A DNA stretch of 64,000 bases, from the NCBI GenBank assembly GCA_963701075.1, contig OY969559.1:64001-128000 (forward strand). Direction: 5' to 3'. A program made the position numbers and the translations under genes. The notes below the pieces were generated by a model that saw only the letters and a list, made by a program, of their open reading frames with translations, ran no database searches and had not been told where the DNA came from. Shown here piece by piece: positions 42,554 to 52,718 of this stretch (positions are counted from its first letter, which is position 1; each line of letters opens with the position of its first letter). Source of the DNA: an uncultured Nitrososphaerota archaeon (GTDB lineage Archaea > Thermoproteota > Nitrososphaeria > Nitrososphaerales > Nitrosopumilaceae).

Positions 42554-43278
42554 TAGCAAGAGATCTCTCAAATTCGCATCTTATCAAGCAAATAAGAAAG
42601 AAGCCTGTTGCCATAATACCGGTAGGATCTACTGAGCAGCATGGGCCACACTTACCGGTATCAACTGATTCGGATATTGTATCTTTCATAGCAGAAAAGG
42701 TATCAGAAAAGACAGGCTTTCTTCTTCTGCCCACCATTGAATATGGAATCTCATTTGAGCATCATCCTTTCTTCAACCTGAGTATAAGATCAGGTACGCT
42801 GCAAAAGTATGTCATTGATATATGTGCATCACTTTGGAAAAATAAGATAAAGACAATAATAATACTCAATGGTCATCACAGCAACCAGAAAGCGCTAAAG
42901 GAGGTACCAACAAAAGTTGCCAGAATTCATGGCATCAGGCCAAAAATCTTGGTCTATTCCTATTGGCATTTTATGAAGAGAAGATTCGATCATGCAGGAT
43001 TTGTTGAGACCTCAATTATGCGTGCTATATCAAGGCAAGTAGACATGAGTAAGGCAGAAAAAGGACTGGTAGAAGACGGATTGTCAAAAAAGGAGCTATA
43101 TAGGCTAGGCAAGATAGCAAACAAGTCCTTTATTGCAGTAACAAGAAACGGCGTCTGGGGAGACCCCACCCAAGCTACTGCAAAAGAGGGAAGGAAGATT
43201 TTAGGCGAGATCATTGCATCCATCGTAAAAGAGAGTCAAACTTGCCTTACCGGAGAAAGCCGAAAATTACACCAATGA
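42550..43278 (+). CDS. Creatininase-family amidohydrolase
   Basis: PVGSTEQHGPHLP, NGH, DHAG..ETS, GVWGDP. Confidence 0.9.
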   Translation: MIARDLSNSHLIKQIRKKPVAIIPVGSTEQHGPHLPVSTDSDIVSFIAEKVSEKTGFLLLPTIEYGISFEHHPFFNLSIRSGTLQKYVIDICASLWKNKIKTIIILNGHHSNQKALKEVPTKVARIHGIRPKILVYSYWHFMKRRFDHAGFVETSIMRAISRQVDMSKAEKGLVEDGLSKKELYRLGKIANKSFIAVTRNGVWGDPTQATAKEGRKILGEIIASIVKESQTCLTGESRKLHQ

Positions 43279-43323
43279 AATTTTAATATATACCCTCGAT
43301 AGAGTGGGTAATAAGTGAAATAA

Positions 43324-43554
43324 ATGTCAGTAGATATGGCAGTAAAAGTACTTGATGAAAGCCTCAACAAGGTTGTTCTTATCAAGCTCAAAGGGGGCAA
43401 AGTGATAAGAGGAAACCTGCACGGCTTTGATCAGCACATGAATCTGCTACTTGATTCTTCGGAAGAGATCCCTTCTGAAGGAGAGACAAAAAGTCTAGGA
43501 ACCATAGTAGTTAGAGGAGATAACGTGGTTATCATATCTCCTCCGCCAAAGTGA
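43324..43554 (+). CDS. Sm-like (Lsm) RNA-binding protein
   Basis: [14 protein letters not shown]. Confidence 0.95.
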   Translation: MSVDMAVKVLDESLNKVVLIKLKGGKVIRGNLHGFDQHMNLLLDSSEEIPSEGETKSLGTIVVRGDNVVIISPPPK

Positions 43555-43561
43555 AAGTACA

Positions 43562-43729
43562 ATGACTAAAGGCACAACCTCCATGGGAGGGTACACCAAA
43601 AAGCATGTCCACGTAAGATGCAGAAGATGTGGAAAGAATTCTTTTCATGCAAGACATGACAAATGTGCAAGCTGTGGTTATCCAGAGGCAAAAATAAGAA
43701 AGTACAACTGGATCAAATGGTATACGTAA
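43562..43729 (+). CDS. rpl37e: Ribosomal protein L37e
   Basis: MTKGTTSMG...CRRCG...CASCGYP; 55 aa, absent from the ORF track. Confidence 0.95.
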   Translation: MTKGTTSMGGYTKKHVHVRCRRCGKNSFHARHDKCASCGYPEAKIRKYNWIKWYT

Positions 43730-43730
43730 A

Positions 43731-44705
43731 TTGGAAGAAATAGCTCTCGTTTTTAGTTCTCTGGCGGGCGCTTGTACTGCAGTTGCTTTAGATAAAATCC
43801 CAAAACGAAAATACAAACAAACCATTACAGTAAATTCTGTAGTAGAAGATCAATTGCATTCCTTGAAGATTGAAAAGGATATACTAACAAAAACAATTAC
43901 AAGGCTTCACCATGAAGAATCAAATATTTCAAGGGTTCAGCGAGACAAACTGCTCATTAGATATCAGCATCAACTTGGAACTACAATTGCTAAGATAGAA
44001 AAATTAGAGACTGCAAGCAAATACCCGGATCTTGGACCCATAGGCGACAGCTTGGTAACCTTGATGGACAACAAACTATCAAAAATGGACCAGAGGTTAC
44101 ATGAAATTTCTTCCAAGATCTCAGTAAATACTGTGCAGCCATCTGTACAGCCAACCGTACAACCTACTGTTCAAGTCAAACAACAAGAACAGCCAAAGCA
44201 AATCGTACAGGAAAAGCCACGAATTGAAAAGATTGAACCAAAAGTAGAGTACCAACAAGAAAGAGCCGAGATTCAAAAAGAAAATATCCTTCCACCAATG
44301 CCTCCGATTGAGATTCCTGCTCAGGCAAGACATAGATCAATTGAGCTTAGTACATTGACAGAAATTCCAAGCAAAATGCCAGAGTTTCCATCAGAGATAA
44401 CAAGACCGCCACAAGTTCACGTAGAACCTGAAAAAATTATTGTAGAGCCCATCAAGGAAACGCTTGAGATCCCGCAATCAATTGTTCCACTAGAGTCTAC
44501 TCCTCTTGTACCAAGAGAAGAGATTGTAACAATAGAGACACCAAAACCAGATGTAGTAACACAGGTCGAAAAGAAAGCACAGCTTCCAACTCCAATAAAG
44601 ATACCAGAAGAAGAAAAAATCGAAGACGATGACAAGGATTTAGATAAAATAAAAAGCGAAATAATGAAAGCCCTGTCAAAACTAGAACAAGTAGAGGTAG
44701 AATAA
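43731..44705 (+). CDS. Membrane-anchored coiled-coil protein with a Pro/Glu-rich linker
   Basis: N-terminal hydrophobic helix, coiled coil, VQPS/VQPT repeats, C-terminal amphipathic helix. Confidence 0.75.
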   Translation: MEEIALVFSSLAGACTAVALDKIPKRKYKQTITVNSVVEDQLHSLKIEKDILTKTITRLHHEESNISRVQRDKLLIRYQHQLGTTIAKIEKLETASKYPDLGPIGDSLVTLMDNKLSKMDQRLHEISSKISVNTVQPSVQPTVQPTVQVKQQEQPKQIVQEKPRIEKIEPKVEYQQERAEIQKENILPPMPPIEIPAQARHRSIELSTLTEIPSKMPEFPSEITRPPQVHVEPEKIIVEPIKETLEIPQSIVPLESTPLVPREEIVTIETPKPDVVTQVEKKAQLPTPIKIPEEEKIEDDDKDLDKIKSEIMKALSKLEQVEVE

Positions 44706-45380
44706 TTGACAGTAGATGATGCCATAAAGGCATTGTCGCCCCAAGCGCTAAAAATGGTAAAAGACAACTATGTCATAGGTCTTGGCAGCGGCAGGGCTGC
44801 AACTGCCATTGTTAGGTCGTTATCATCATACTTGAAAAAAAATCATCTTTCTGTCAAAGCCATTCCAACATCGCTGCAAATCAAGATGGAGGCAGAGAGG
44901 GGAGGCATATCAATAATCGAGCCTGATCAGATTGATCATGTGGATTTAGTTTTTGACGGAGCTGATCAAATAGACACAAAAGGCAACATGATAAAGGGTG
45001 GAGGTGGAGCACTCCTTCGAGAAAAAATACTAATCAGTATGGCAAAAAAAGTGGTAATCATAGCTGATGAATCTAAATTTGTAAAACAACTAGACCGTAG
45101 TGTACCAGTAGAGGTACATCAGTTTGCAAGAAACACGGCAACAATTCAAATTAAAAAACACGGAGGTAAGCCACACATACGATTGTTAGAACGTGGATAT
45201 CCATATGTAACTGAAAATGGAAACATAATACTTGACTGTGAGTTTGGCACAATTTCCAATCCCAAAGGATTGGCGGCAAAAATAATAGCAATTCCAGGTG
45301 TCATAGAGGTTGGAATATTTTCAAAACCTGATATAATTTACAAGGCAAAAGAAAACGGCAAGTTTGAGATATTATGCTGA
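44706..45380 (+). CDS. rpiA: Ribose-5-phosphate isomerase A
   Basis: GLGSG, DGAD, IKGGGGALLREK. Confidence 0.96.
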   Translation: MTVDDAIKALSPQALKMVKDNYVIGLGSGRAATAIVRSLSSYLKKNHLSVKAIPTSLQIKMEAERGGISIIEPDQIDHVDLVFDGADQIDTKGNMIKGGGGALLREKILISMAKKVVIIADESKFVKQLDRSVPVEVHQFARNTATIQIKKHGGKPHIRLLERGYPYVTENGNIILDCEFGTISNPKGLAAKIIAIPGVIEVGIFSKPDIIYKAKENGKFEILC

Positions 45381-46766
45381 CACAGGTCTTTGGATGAATT
45401 TTCCATATCCTTGCTTTCCTGTTACTTTGGAATCTTCGGCCACAACTGTTCCCCTGACTAGAGTTTTTACGGGCCAGCCCTTGAGATTCCATCCATCATA
45501 GACGGTATAATCAGAGTAGCCATTTAGGAGCTCAGGGCTGACTTTCTTTTCTGCTTTCATATCAACCAGTACAACATCAGCGTCAGAGTCCTTTTGGATT
45601 ATTCCTTTCTTGGGGTACATTCCAAATATTTTTGCAGTGTTCAGACTGGTAAGATTTGATAACTGTTGCAGGTTTATCCTGCCTTTATTGACGCCCTCAC
45701 TTAGCAATATGGGCATCATTGTACCTATTCCTGGAAATCCTGCCAAGGCATCCCAGACGGTATCCCCTCCAAGCTTGAGGCCGAGCCGGTTTGCCACATG
45801 ATCTGTGCCAATTGTATCAATGTTGCCACTCTGAACCTCTTGCCATATTCTTGCAGTATCGTTTTCTGATCTAATAGGTGGCATTACTTTTGCAAGATAT
45901 CCTTTCTGTGATTCGTATGATAGTGTTAGATAATGTGGACATGTCTCCACAAAAATTGTGGTGCCGTTTTTCTTTTCCCTTGAGATTGCATCCATTGCCG
46001 CCTGTGATCCAATGTGCACAAAGTAGAGCTTGCATCCTGCCTTTCTTGCCATATCAGATGCAGTAGTTATCGATTTGACTTCAGACTCTACCGGTCTACT
46101 TTCTGACCAAGCTCCAAGTCCATTTTTGTTTTTGTTCTTTGCCTCACGTATACCACAGGAGCACATCTGGTAATCTTCTGCATGGACAAGTACTGTGCAT
46201 CCAAGTTGCGATGCGTTATGAATAACCCGCTCGACAATTTTTGCATTAACCTCTACTTTTTGCTCTACAAGCAGATTCTGTCCTGGCTTCATGTCCATGT
46301 ATACATGACCAACCTCATCTCCCAGATTCATGTACAACTTGAATGATGTAATTCCTTTTTTTGCACAAAATTCCATCTCGTCAACCTGGCTTTCCTCAAG
46401 AATTGATGCATGGAGTGAATAATCGATATAGTGAGACTGCGCGCTTTCGATAAGATGCGAGTCAAGGTTTCTTTTGTATGACCCGCTTAAACGTAACATT
46501 CGCATCATGGTAGTTACTCCCCCGACTGCTGCAACTCGAGATTCAGTTACTGCGGCTTTCTCTATTGGCGAATAGACGCCATAATGTACATGCGGGTCAA
46601 TTATACCAGGCAGAGTAACTAGGCCCCTTCCATCAATTTTTGCGTCACATTGAGGAGTGTCATTTGTTAGGCCGACAATTTTTCCGTCATCTATTACAAT
46701 ATTTTTATCGACTATGCCGCTTGGCAGAACAACATGTGAATTCAGTATTATACTATCAAAAGTCAT
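45372..46766 (-). CDS. Cyclic amidohydrolase (dihydroorotase/allantoinase/hydantoinase family)
   Basis: DPHVH, FKLYM, HAED, ETCPHYL, GTDH; probable start MTFDS. Confidence 0.88.
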   Translation of the reverse strand: MTFDSIILNSHVVLPSGIVDKNIVIDDGKIVGLTNDTPQCDAKIDGRGLVTLPGIIDPHVHYGVYSPIEKAAVTESRVAAVGGVTTMMRMLRLSGSYKRNLDSHLIESAQSHYIDYSLHASILEESQVDEMEFCAKKGITSFKLYMNLGDEVGHVYMDMKPGQNLLVEQKVEVNAKIVERVIHNASQLGCTVLVHAEDYQMCSCGIREAKNKNKNGLGAWSESRPVESEVKSITTASDMARKAGCKLYFVHIGSQAAMDAISREKKNGTTIFVETCPHYLTLSYESQKGYLAKVMPPIRSENDTARIWQEVQSGNIDTIGTDHVANRLGLKLGGDTVWDALAGFPGIGTMMPILLSEGVNKGRINLQQLSNLTSLNTAKIFGMYPKKGIIQKDSDADVVLVDMKAEKKVSPELLNGYSDYTVYDGWNLKGWPVKTLVRGTVVAEDSKVTGKQGYGKFIQRPVSA

Positions 46767-46843
46767 CGAAAACTTTGCCAAAATCCCAGTATTATTCTTT
46801 GAGTAAAAATGAATAAAAGCAGATGCCATTCTTGATAACAAAA

Positions 46844-46916
46844 GGGCCGGTAGTCTAGTGGTAGTGATGCCTCGTTCGCAACGAGGATGTCGGGGGTTCA
46901 AATCCCCCTCGGTCCA
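46844..46916 (+). tRNA. tRNA-Ala(CGC)
   Basis: GGGCCGG acceptor; CCTCG-TTCGCAA-CGAGG. Confidence 0.92.
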
Positions 46917-47034
46917 CTCCTACACATATCAAAATGATTTTACTGACCATCATGTGAAAAACGAAAAACAAGTAAAAGGCTAGAAAATCAAGGATGTTCT
47001 ACTTTCAAGTACTGCAACCATTAATTCATTTGAT

Positions 47035-47445
47035 CTAATGTGTACAAAATCTGCTTACTGTGTTCATGATTTTGCTCATATTGATTGGTTTTTCAAGAAT
47101 TGCTGTTGCATGACAATTGTCTAGTTTTTTCTCAGTGTTGGCAGAACCAGTTACCAAAAATACTACTGCCTTAGGATTACATTCCCTGATCTTTTCAAGT
47201 CCATAAAATCCATCATATTTAGGCATTAGTGCATCCATGAAAACAACATCTGGATGAAATTTCAGATATAATTCAACTGCGTCTTTTCCATTAACGCCAC
47301 TACCCATCACATTAATTCCATGGACTTGGAGTAATTCCACAAAGACATCTAGGAGGTCTTTATTGTCGTCTATAACTATTGCATTAATACCATTATGGAC
47401 ATTGTGGACTTGGGTTACCATAGTTTCATTCCCGGACAATTTCAT
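47035..47445 (-). CDS. Stand-alone receiver-domain (CheY-like) protein
   Basis: IDD, MDALMPKYDG, VTG, KP. Confidence 0.9.
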   Translation of the reverse strand: MKLSGNETMVTQVHNVHNGINAIVIDDNKDLLDVFVELLQVHGINVMGSGVNGKDAVELYLKFHPDVVFMDALMPKYDGFYGLEKIRECNPKAVVFLVTGSANTEKKLDNCHATAILEKPINMSKIMNTVSRFCTH

Positions 47446-47492
47446 ATTAGATAGACTATGTTTTTTATAAACAAACTAGAAACAATACCGCA

Positions 47493-47515
47493 TATTGCAG
47501 TATGTAACTGCAATA
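47493..47515. promoter_or_regulatory. 9-bp inverted repeat TATTGCAGT-N5-ACTGCAATA
   Basis: Perfect IR between the divergent REC and FN3 genes. Confidence 0.5.
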
Positions 47516-47628
47516 CTTTGCAATCATTGGTGTTGATCAATTTTTATTATCACTATTTTGGTTTATTATCTATTAGCTGAGAAAATGGTTAAACGTAAAT
47601 ATTCGTTTTTACAAATACAGTTTAGCAA

Positions 47629-48309
47629 ATGATCCGCAAAGCAGTTTTAACTATACTACTTGTTGCCATATTTGCTACAGGACTATCAGCCACAAGTGCA
47701 ACATATGCAGATTCTCAGTATCAAATTAACGTACATGTAACAAACTCTCTGACTGGCTCTGCCGAGTCTGGTTCCACATGCACGTTTACCTTCAATCCAT
47801 CTGGAAATATAGTCACCAATACCACTGATTCAAGTGGTGCAACCCAAGCTGCAGATTCTACCACATATGATACTACAGTAGACGTTAGTTGTACCGGTAC
47901 TGATGGCAATGTAGGGACTGTAACAGATACACCGTTGAGTGTGCAACAGGGAAATACTATACAGATAATGTTGTCCAAGCTAATTGCTCCGTCCCAGGTC
48001 CAGAATATCCAGGCTAGTGCCGCATCGTTTGGAACAGGTCCTGTCACATTGACTTGGCAGGCACCCTCTTCTAATGGTGGCTCACCAGTGCGAGACTATT
48101 ACATCTACAGAGGAACGTCGCAAGGAACAGAGACATTCTTTGCTCTAGTGCCTGGCAATGTCTTGACATACCTAGATGACTCTACAAGCCCAGGCAGTTC
48201 CTACTATTATTATGTCACTGCTGCAAATGCAGCCGGATCATCTCAGCCCTCAGATGAGGTTTCAGTAGAGGTCAGCTGCTTTGGAGACGGCGGCGCCTTT
48301 TGTAATTGA
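47629..48309 (+). CDS. Secreted fibronectin type III domain protein
   Basis: Signal peptide; LTWQAPSSNGGSP...YYYYVTAANAAGSS. Confidence 0.88.
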   Translation: MIRKAVLTILLVAIFATGLSATSATYADSQYQINVHVTNSLTGSAESGSTCTFTFNPSGNIVTNTTDSSGATQAADSTTYDTTVDVSCTGTDGNVGTVTDTPLSVQQGNTIQIMLSKLIAPSQVQNIQASAASFGTGPVTLTWQAPSSNGGSPVRDYYIYRGTSQGTETFFALVPGNVLTYLDDSTSPGSSYYYYVTAANAAGSSQPSDEVSVEVSCFGDGGAFCN

Positions 48310-48388
48310 ATATCTGGTACAACTAGATAGAGACATACGAAATATTATCACACAAAAAACAATATACATCCATTGCAGTTAGTCAACA

Positions 48389-48760
48389 GTGATGAAAGTA
48401 TTCAATGCAAAAGTGGCTGCAGAAGATTATATGTCAAATCATACTCTGACTTTTTCCACACCAGAAATGACTCTAATGAGATTTGCATCTTGGCTTGGAG
48501 ATATGGTACCAGACCCCAAGAATCCTGGACAACAGGTGCCACGAATTATGGTTTTTGTTGAAGAGAAAGACTTTGCACCAGTTCCCATAATAGATGATGA
48601 CACGTTTGTCCCAACAGGAGCTGTGAAGACCATCAATAGTGATCTATACGGAAGTGTAAATACAGAGGCAGGTCCAAGTTCAAAATTCTGTTCTGAATGT
48701 GGCACAAAACTTTCGACAAATGCCAGATTTTGTATAGAATGTGGTGCAACCCAAGAATAG
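48389..48760 (+). CDS. Zinc-ribbon protein
   Basis: C-terminal FCSECG...FCIECG. Confidence 0.8.
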   Translation: MMKVFNAKVAAEDYMSNHTLTFSTPEMTLMRFASWLGDMVPDPKNPGQQVPRIMVFVEEKDFAPVPIIDDDTFVPTGAVKTINSDLYGSVNTEAGPSSKFCSECGTKLSTNARFCIECGATQE

Positions 48761-48773
48761 ATTTTCTGTTTTA

Positions 48774-49295
48774 TTAAATTTTATTTCCGCACTTGGTGCA
48801 AAACTTGGATGTTGCTTTCACTTGGGAGCCACAAGAACCGCATGTTGGTCCCACCGAAGACCCTTTTGGCAAAAGAGATGGATCGGGTGGAGGCAGGACT
48901 CCAGGCGTTGAAAAAGCCGCTGCTGCAGAGATGATAGACGGAGGTTGACCGGCACCTGGCAATGTGGCAGCTGTCACGCGAGATGCCTGCTGGCCTCCAA
49001 AGCTCATTCCGCTTGGCATGGTGCCACCACTTTGTCCACCCAAGGCCTGACCACCAGCAATTTTGTCAAGTGCCTTTTTTAGTTCAAAAATCACTTTGAT
49101 AGAGAGGAATTCGAGTGCCGAGTATGCAACAACATAGTCACCTAGTTTTTGGAAAAATTCCTTTTCAGATAATTTTCCTTGCTTATACAGACCGTTGGTA
49201 TCAAGAAATGATTCATAGTAACCTTGAGTATCGTTGAGTAGGTTTTGCAGTTTATCAAATAATAGAGTAAGAGTATCTACTTCGCCAAATGACAT
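48774..49295 (-). CDS. Zinc-ribbon protein with an N-terminal helical domain
   Basis: C-terminal CGSCG...KFCTKCG. Confidence 0.8.
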   Translation of the reverse strand: MSFGEVDTLTLLFDKLQNLLNDTQGYYESFLDTNGLYKQGKLSEKEFFQKLGDYVVAYSALEFLSIKVIFELKKALDKIAGGQALGGQSGGTMPSGMSFGGQQASRVTAATLPGAGQPPSIISAAAAFSTPGVLPPPDPSLLPKGSSVGPTCGSCGSQVKATSKFCTKCGNKI

Positions 49296-49329
49296 GTTGA
49301 CTGTTGACTCTGACCGGTATTAATTATTT

Positions 49330-49384
49330 GGTTCTGTCAAATCTACGGTTGATAATATCATGCCGAGACTAACTTGACAGAACT
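49330..49384. mobile_element. 55-bp mini-element with IS6-like inverted ends
   Basis: GTTCTGTCAA (49331-49340) / TTGACAGAAC (49374-49383) perfect IR; right end resembles the TnpB element right end. Confidence 0.5.
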
Positions 49385-49413
49385 GATTAAAAAGATGGGT
49401 AAGATTTTTGTCT

Positions 49414-49746
49414 CTAGGCTTTTTGAAGAGCTTTGTCTATCATGTTCTTATAAGACGACTTTGATGCGGCGCCCACCTGTTGTGCAATGATCTGACCTTT
49501 GTTGAAAAGAGCCAGTGTTGGAATGCTAAACACGTTATACTTTGATGCAAGTTCGTTGCTTTCGTCAACGTTTACCTTCACAAAGCTAACCTTGCCTGCA
49601 TATTCACCTGCGAGTTCCTCAACGACAGGACCTACCATTCTGCATGGACCACACCATTCAGCCCAAAAATCTACAAATACAGGAACCTGAGAATGCATTA
49701 CCTCGGTTTCCCAATTTTTTTCGTTAACAGGTTTTGCTTTATCCAT
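49414..49746 (-). CDS. trxA: Thioredoxin
   Basis: DFWAEWCGPC. Confidence 0.93.
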   Translation of the reverse strand: MDKAKPVNEKNWETEVMHSQVPVFVDFWAEWCGPCRMVGPVVEELAGEYAGKVSFVKVNVDESNELASKYNVFSIPTLALFNKGQIIAQQVGAASKSSYKNMIDKALQKA

Positions 49747-49787
49747 ACCTATCAAAAGATGATATCCCTAAATATATTGAACGCTTT

Positions 49788-51074
49788 TTACCAACGGCTT
49801 CTCAAGCCGTAATAGTTGTTCCTATCGCCATATCTTCGCCTTCCGTCGCCTCTTGCTTCATGTCTTCCCTCATATTTTCTTCCTCGGTTTTGGTGTTCAT
49901 ATCTGCCGCCGCCTCTTCTGTGGTTTACTTCTCGCTTTAATGGATCGGGGATATTTACCACAATTCCAAGCTCTTTGTTTAGATCTTTCATGGTTACCTT
50001 GGTTTGGCTCGATATTGCCTTAAAATCACCAATTGAAGAATATGATACTAGAGTGATTGCCCTTCCCTTTGCTCCAGCCCTTGCAGTTCTTCCTATCCTG
50101 TGGAAATAAACCAGATCATGGCTTGGCACATCATAGTTTACGACCAACGCTACCTCTGGAACATCAATTCCTCTTGCTGCCACATCAGTTGCAACAAGAA
50201 TGTCAGCCTTTCCTTTTCTAAACATGTACATGGCTTTATCTCTCCTAAACTGCGACATGTCACCCTGAATTGACACTACATTGAATCTCTCTTTTTCAAG
50301 ATCGTGTGCAACTCTTCTTGTTCGCTCCTTTGTAGAACAAAAGACAATAGTTTGACCGGTGGTATTTTCTTTGATAAACTTTAAGAGAAACTCCATTTTC
50401 TCCCTGTCCCTTATTACTAGGAAGGCCTGTTCTATCCCCTCGCCGCTGAGGTCATCTGCATCAATAAAGATTTTCTGTGGACTACGCATGTATTTTTCTG
50501 CCAACATGAGTATTTCTGGAGGCATTGTTGCAGAGAATAATGCCGTCAGGTGGTCTTTTGGAACAAGGTCCAAGATGAATCTTATATCATCAATGAATCC
50601 CATGTCAAGCATTGTATCAGCCTCGTCGAGCACTACATACTTGACGTTTTTTAGCTTGACTGAACCGCGTTTTATGTGATCTATGAGTCTGCCAGGCGTT
50701 GCAACGACAATTTCAACTCCCCTATCGAGTTCATTGAATTGTACATTGATGCTTTGACCGCCATAGATTGTTACGTATCTAACATGTGAATTCTTTGAAA
50801 ATCTTTGAATTTCTCCTGTTATCTGTACTGCAAGTTCTCTTGTTGGTGCAAGTATCAATGCCTGTATTCCACCTTTTGGAACAATGTTTTGGATGATTGG
50901 TAGTGAGAATGCTGCAGTCTTTCCTGTACCAGTATGTGCTTGCCCTATAACATCTTGGCCCGATAATAGTACAGGTATAGAAGCCGCCTGAATTGGAAAT
51001 GCTTCATGAAATTGTATCTCACTTAGCGCTGTCAGTATCGGATTCTTTATCCCTAATTCTTCAAATTTTGTCAA
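49788..51074 (-). CDS. DEAD-box RNA helicase
   Basis: HTGTGKT, PTRELA, DEAD, SAT, HRIGRTAR. Confidence 0.95.
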   Translation of the reverse strand: MTKFEELGIKNPILTALSEIQFHEAFPIQAASIPVLLSGQDVIGQAHTGTGKTAAFSLPIIQNIVPKGGIQALILAPTRELAVQITGEIQRFSKNSHVRYVTIYGGQSINVQFNELDRGVEIVVATPGRLIDHIKRGSVKLKNVKYVVLDEADTMLDMGFIDDIRFILDLVPKDHLTALFSATMPPEILMLAEKYMRSPQKIFIDADDLSGEGIEQAFLVIRDREKMEFLLKFIKENTTGQTIVFCSTKERTRRVAHDLEKERFNVVSIQGDMSQFRRDKAMYMFRKGKADILVATDVAARGIDVPEVALVVNYDVPSHDLVYFHRIGRTARAGAKGRAITLVSYSSIGDFKAISSQTKVTMKDLNKELGIVVNIPDPLKREVNHRRGGGRYEHQNRGRKYEGRHEARGDGRRRYGDRNNYYGLRSRW

Positions 51075-51301
51075 CTTTAATCATCATCTTTTTTTTATTG
51101 AAATGACAGAGAAGATTGTTATTAATTTCCGTCATTATTTTTGTTTAACTTTCCAGTCTGGCTCTATTAACTCTTTCCAAATTATTGAAAAAAAACGCAT
51201 TATTTTTTAAAATTGTATAATCTGTTACGTCTGTACGTATTAGAGATTTGACCAATCGATATCATATACATACTTAAATGACTTTTTGATAGACTAAAGT
51301 C

Positions 51302-52024
51302 ATGAGCAGTGAATTGCGCTTGAAAAAACTCAGAGGGTCTGGAGGGTATATCATGGCAAATGTCAACGATGACCAACAAAGAAAAGGGAGCCTTGGCGGT
51401 CCGGATCTGTTCTTGGCACCTGTAGGCCGTCTGGATTCTGAAAAGATTACAAAATATTATTGCAACACTTGCGAGAAAGAATACGAAGGCGGACCCAAGA
51501 TTGATTTTGAAACACCAAATGAGGTGGTGGCAGAAAACCTAGTTCTTTTGGAAAAAGGGCAATACATATGCACTACTTGCGGATCAGTTCTTGCAGAATA
51601 TAGAAACTTTAGCAAGCCAGACGAAAAAGCAGAAGTGGGTGCTGCAAAACCAGAGTTGGCTTCTCAAGACACATACTTACCTCCAACGAGTTCTGCTCCA
51701 CAACAATCATTTCAAACAACTACTGACTCGGTAGTAAAGCCGTTTAATTCAATTGTAGGACTTGTGGTATATGATTCAGAGGCAAGAAGATTCGGTGTCG
51801 TAAAAGAGATCGGCATCCAGCTAGGACAATCTGGAATAGTTCTTGTTGTGACAAAAAACGATAACACAAATGTCACTATAAAGTGGGAGGAGATCAGAAA
51901 GATAGGGGAAGTGGTTCTTCTTGGCGGACAGATAGCAGACAATGATTCCAAGTGTACCAAGTGTGGAAATACCAATATTCCTGGCTCAAAATTCTGTGAA
52001 AGTTGCGGTAATAAACTAAAGTAG
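51302..52024 (+). CDS. Zn-finger / PRC-barrel / zinc-ribbon protein
   Basis: CNTC...CTTC; IVGLVVYDSEARRFGVVKEI...IRKIGEVVLL; CTKC...FCESCG. Confidence 0.78.
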   Translation: MSSELRLKKLRGSGGYIMANVNDDQQRKGSLGGPDLFLAPVGRLDSEKITKYYCNTCEKEYEGGPKIDFETPNEVVAENLVLLEKGQYICTTCGSVLAEYRNFSKPDEKAEVGAAKPELASQDTYLPPTSSAPQQSFQTTTDSVVKPFNSIVGLVVYDSEARRFGVVKEIGIQLGQSGIVLVVTKNDNTNVTIKWEEIRKIGEVVLLGGQIADNDSKCTKCGNTNIPGSKFCESCGNKLK

Positions 52025-52076
52025 AAATACAATGTAAAGCAAGATTTATCTTACGAGTTTAAAGGACGAAATATAA

Positions 52077-52712
52077 TTGAAGAAAAATTCCGCCACATCA
52101 GGTTTTGTAAAAGATATCATAATTGTGGTTATAGGAATTGCAATAATATGGATAGGATTGAGGGTTGCATTGGGTACTGAAAATCCGTTTTATGTAGTAT
52201 CTAGTGGAAGCATGATTCCAAAGCTGAACATATTTGACGTCATTGTTATTAATGGAAATATTCCCTTTGACCACATCAAGATAGGAGACATTATTGTTTT
52301 CCACGCGCCATCTGAGGACTTGGTCATAGTTCACCGGGTTGCCGAGGTACTCAATCAGAATCCGCTCACAATTAGAACAAAAGGTGATGCCAACCCAGGT
52401 TCCATACCAGGAGTTGACTTTCCAATAACACAGGGGAATTATATTGGAAAGGTAGTGTATGTAGTTCCACAGATAGGCTATGTTACCAGAATTCTCACTC
52501 CACCCATCAATTACATCATAATAGCAGTAATAGTTGGAATAATGATTGTAAAGCAATTTGGAAAATCTAAAATAGATACTACAAGTGTTCTTTCAAGCAA
52601 GGACCTTCCAAGCTCTGACAATTCAAGTGCAGCAGCTGAAACGAGGAACTTGGCTGATAAGGAATATTCCACGCCTGACAAAGACCAAGAACCAGAAGAA
52701 AAGAAAGAGTAA
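52077..52712 (+). CDS. Signal peptidase I (Sec11-type)
   Basis: SSGSMIP, IVHRV, TKGDAN. Confidence 0.93.
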   Translation: MKKNSATSGFVKDIIIVVIGIAIIWIGLRVALGTENPFYVVSSGSMIPKLNIFDVIVINGNIPFDHIKIGDIIVFHAPSEDLVIVHRVAEVLNQNPLTIRTKGDANPGSIPGVDFPITQGNYIGKVVYVVPQIGYVTRILTPPINYIIIAVIVGIMIVKQFGKSKIDTTSVLSSKDLPSSDNSSAAAETRNLADKEYSTPDKDQEPEEKKE

Positions 52713-52718
52713 ATTTTT

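Noticed and set aside
43532-43825. 97-aa minus-strand ORF
   Set aside because: Antisense to rpl37e
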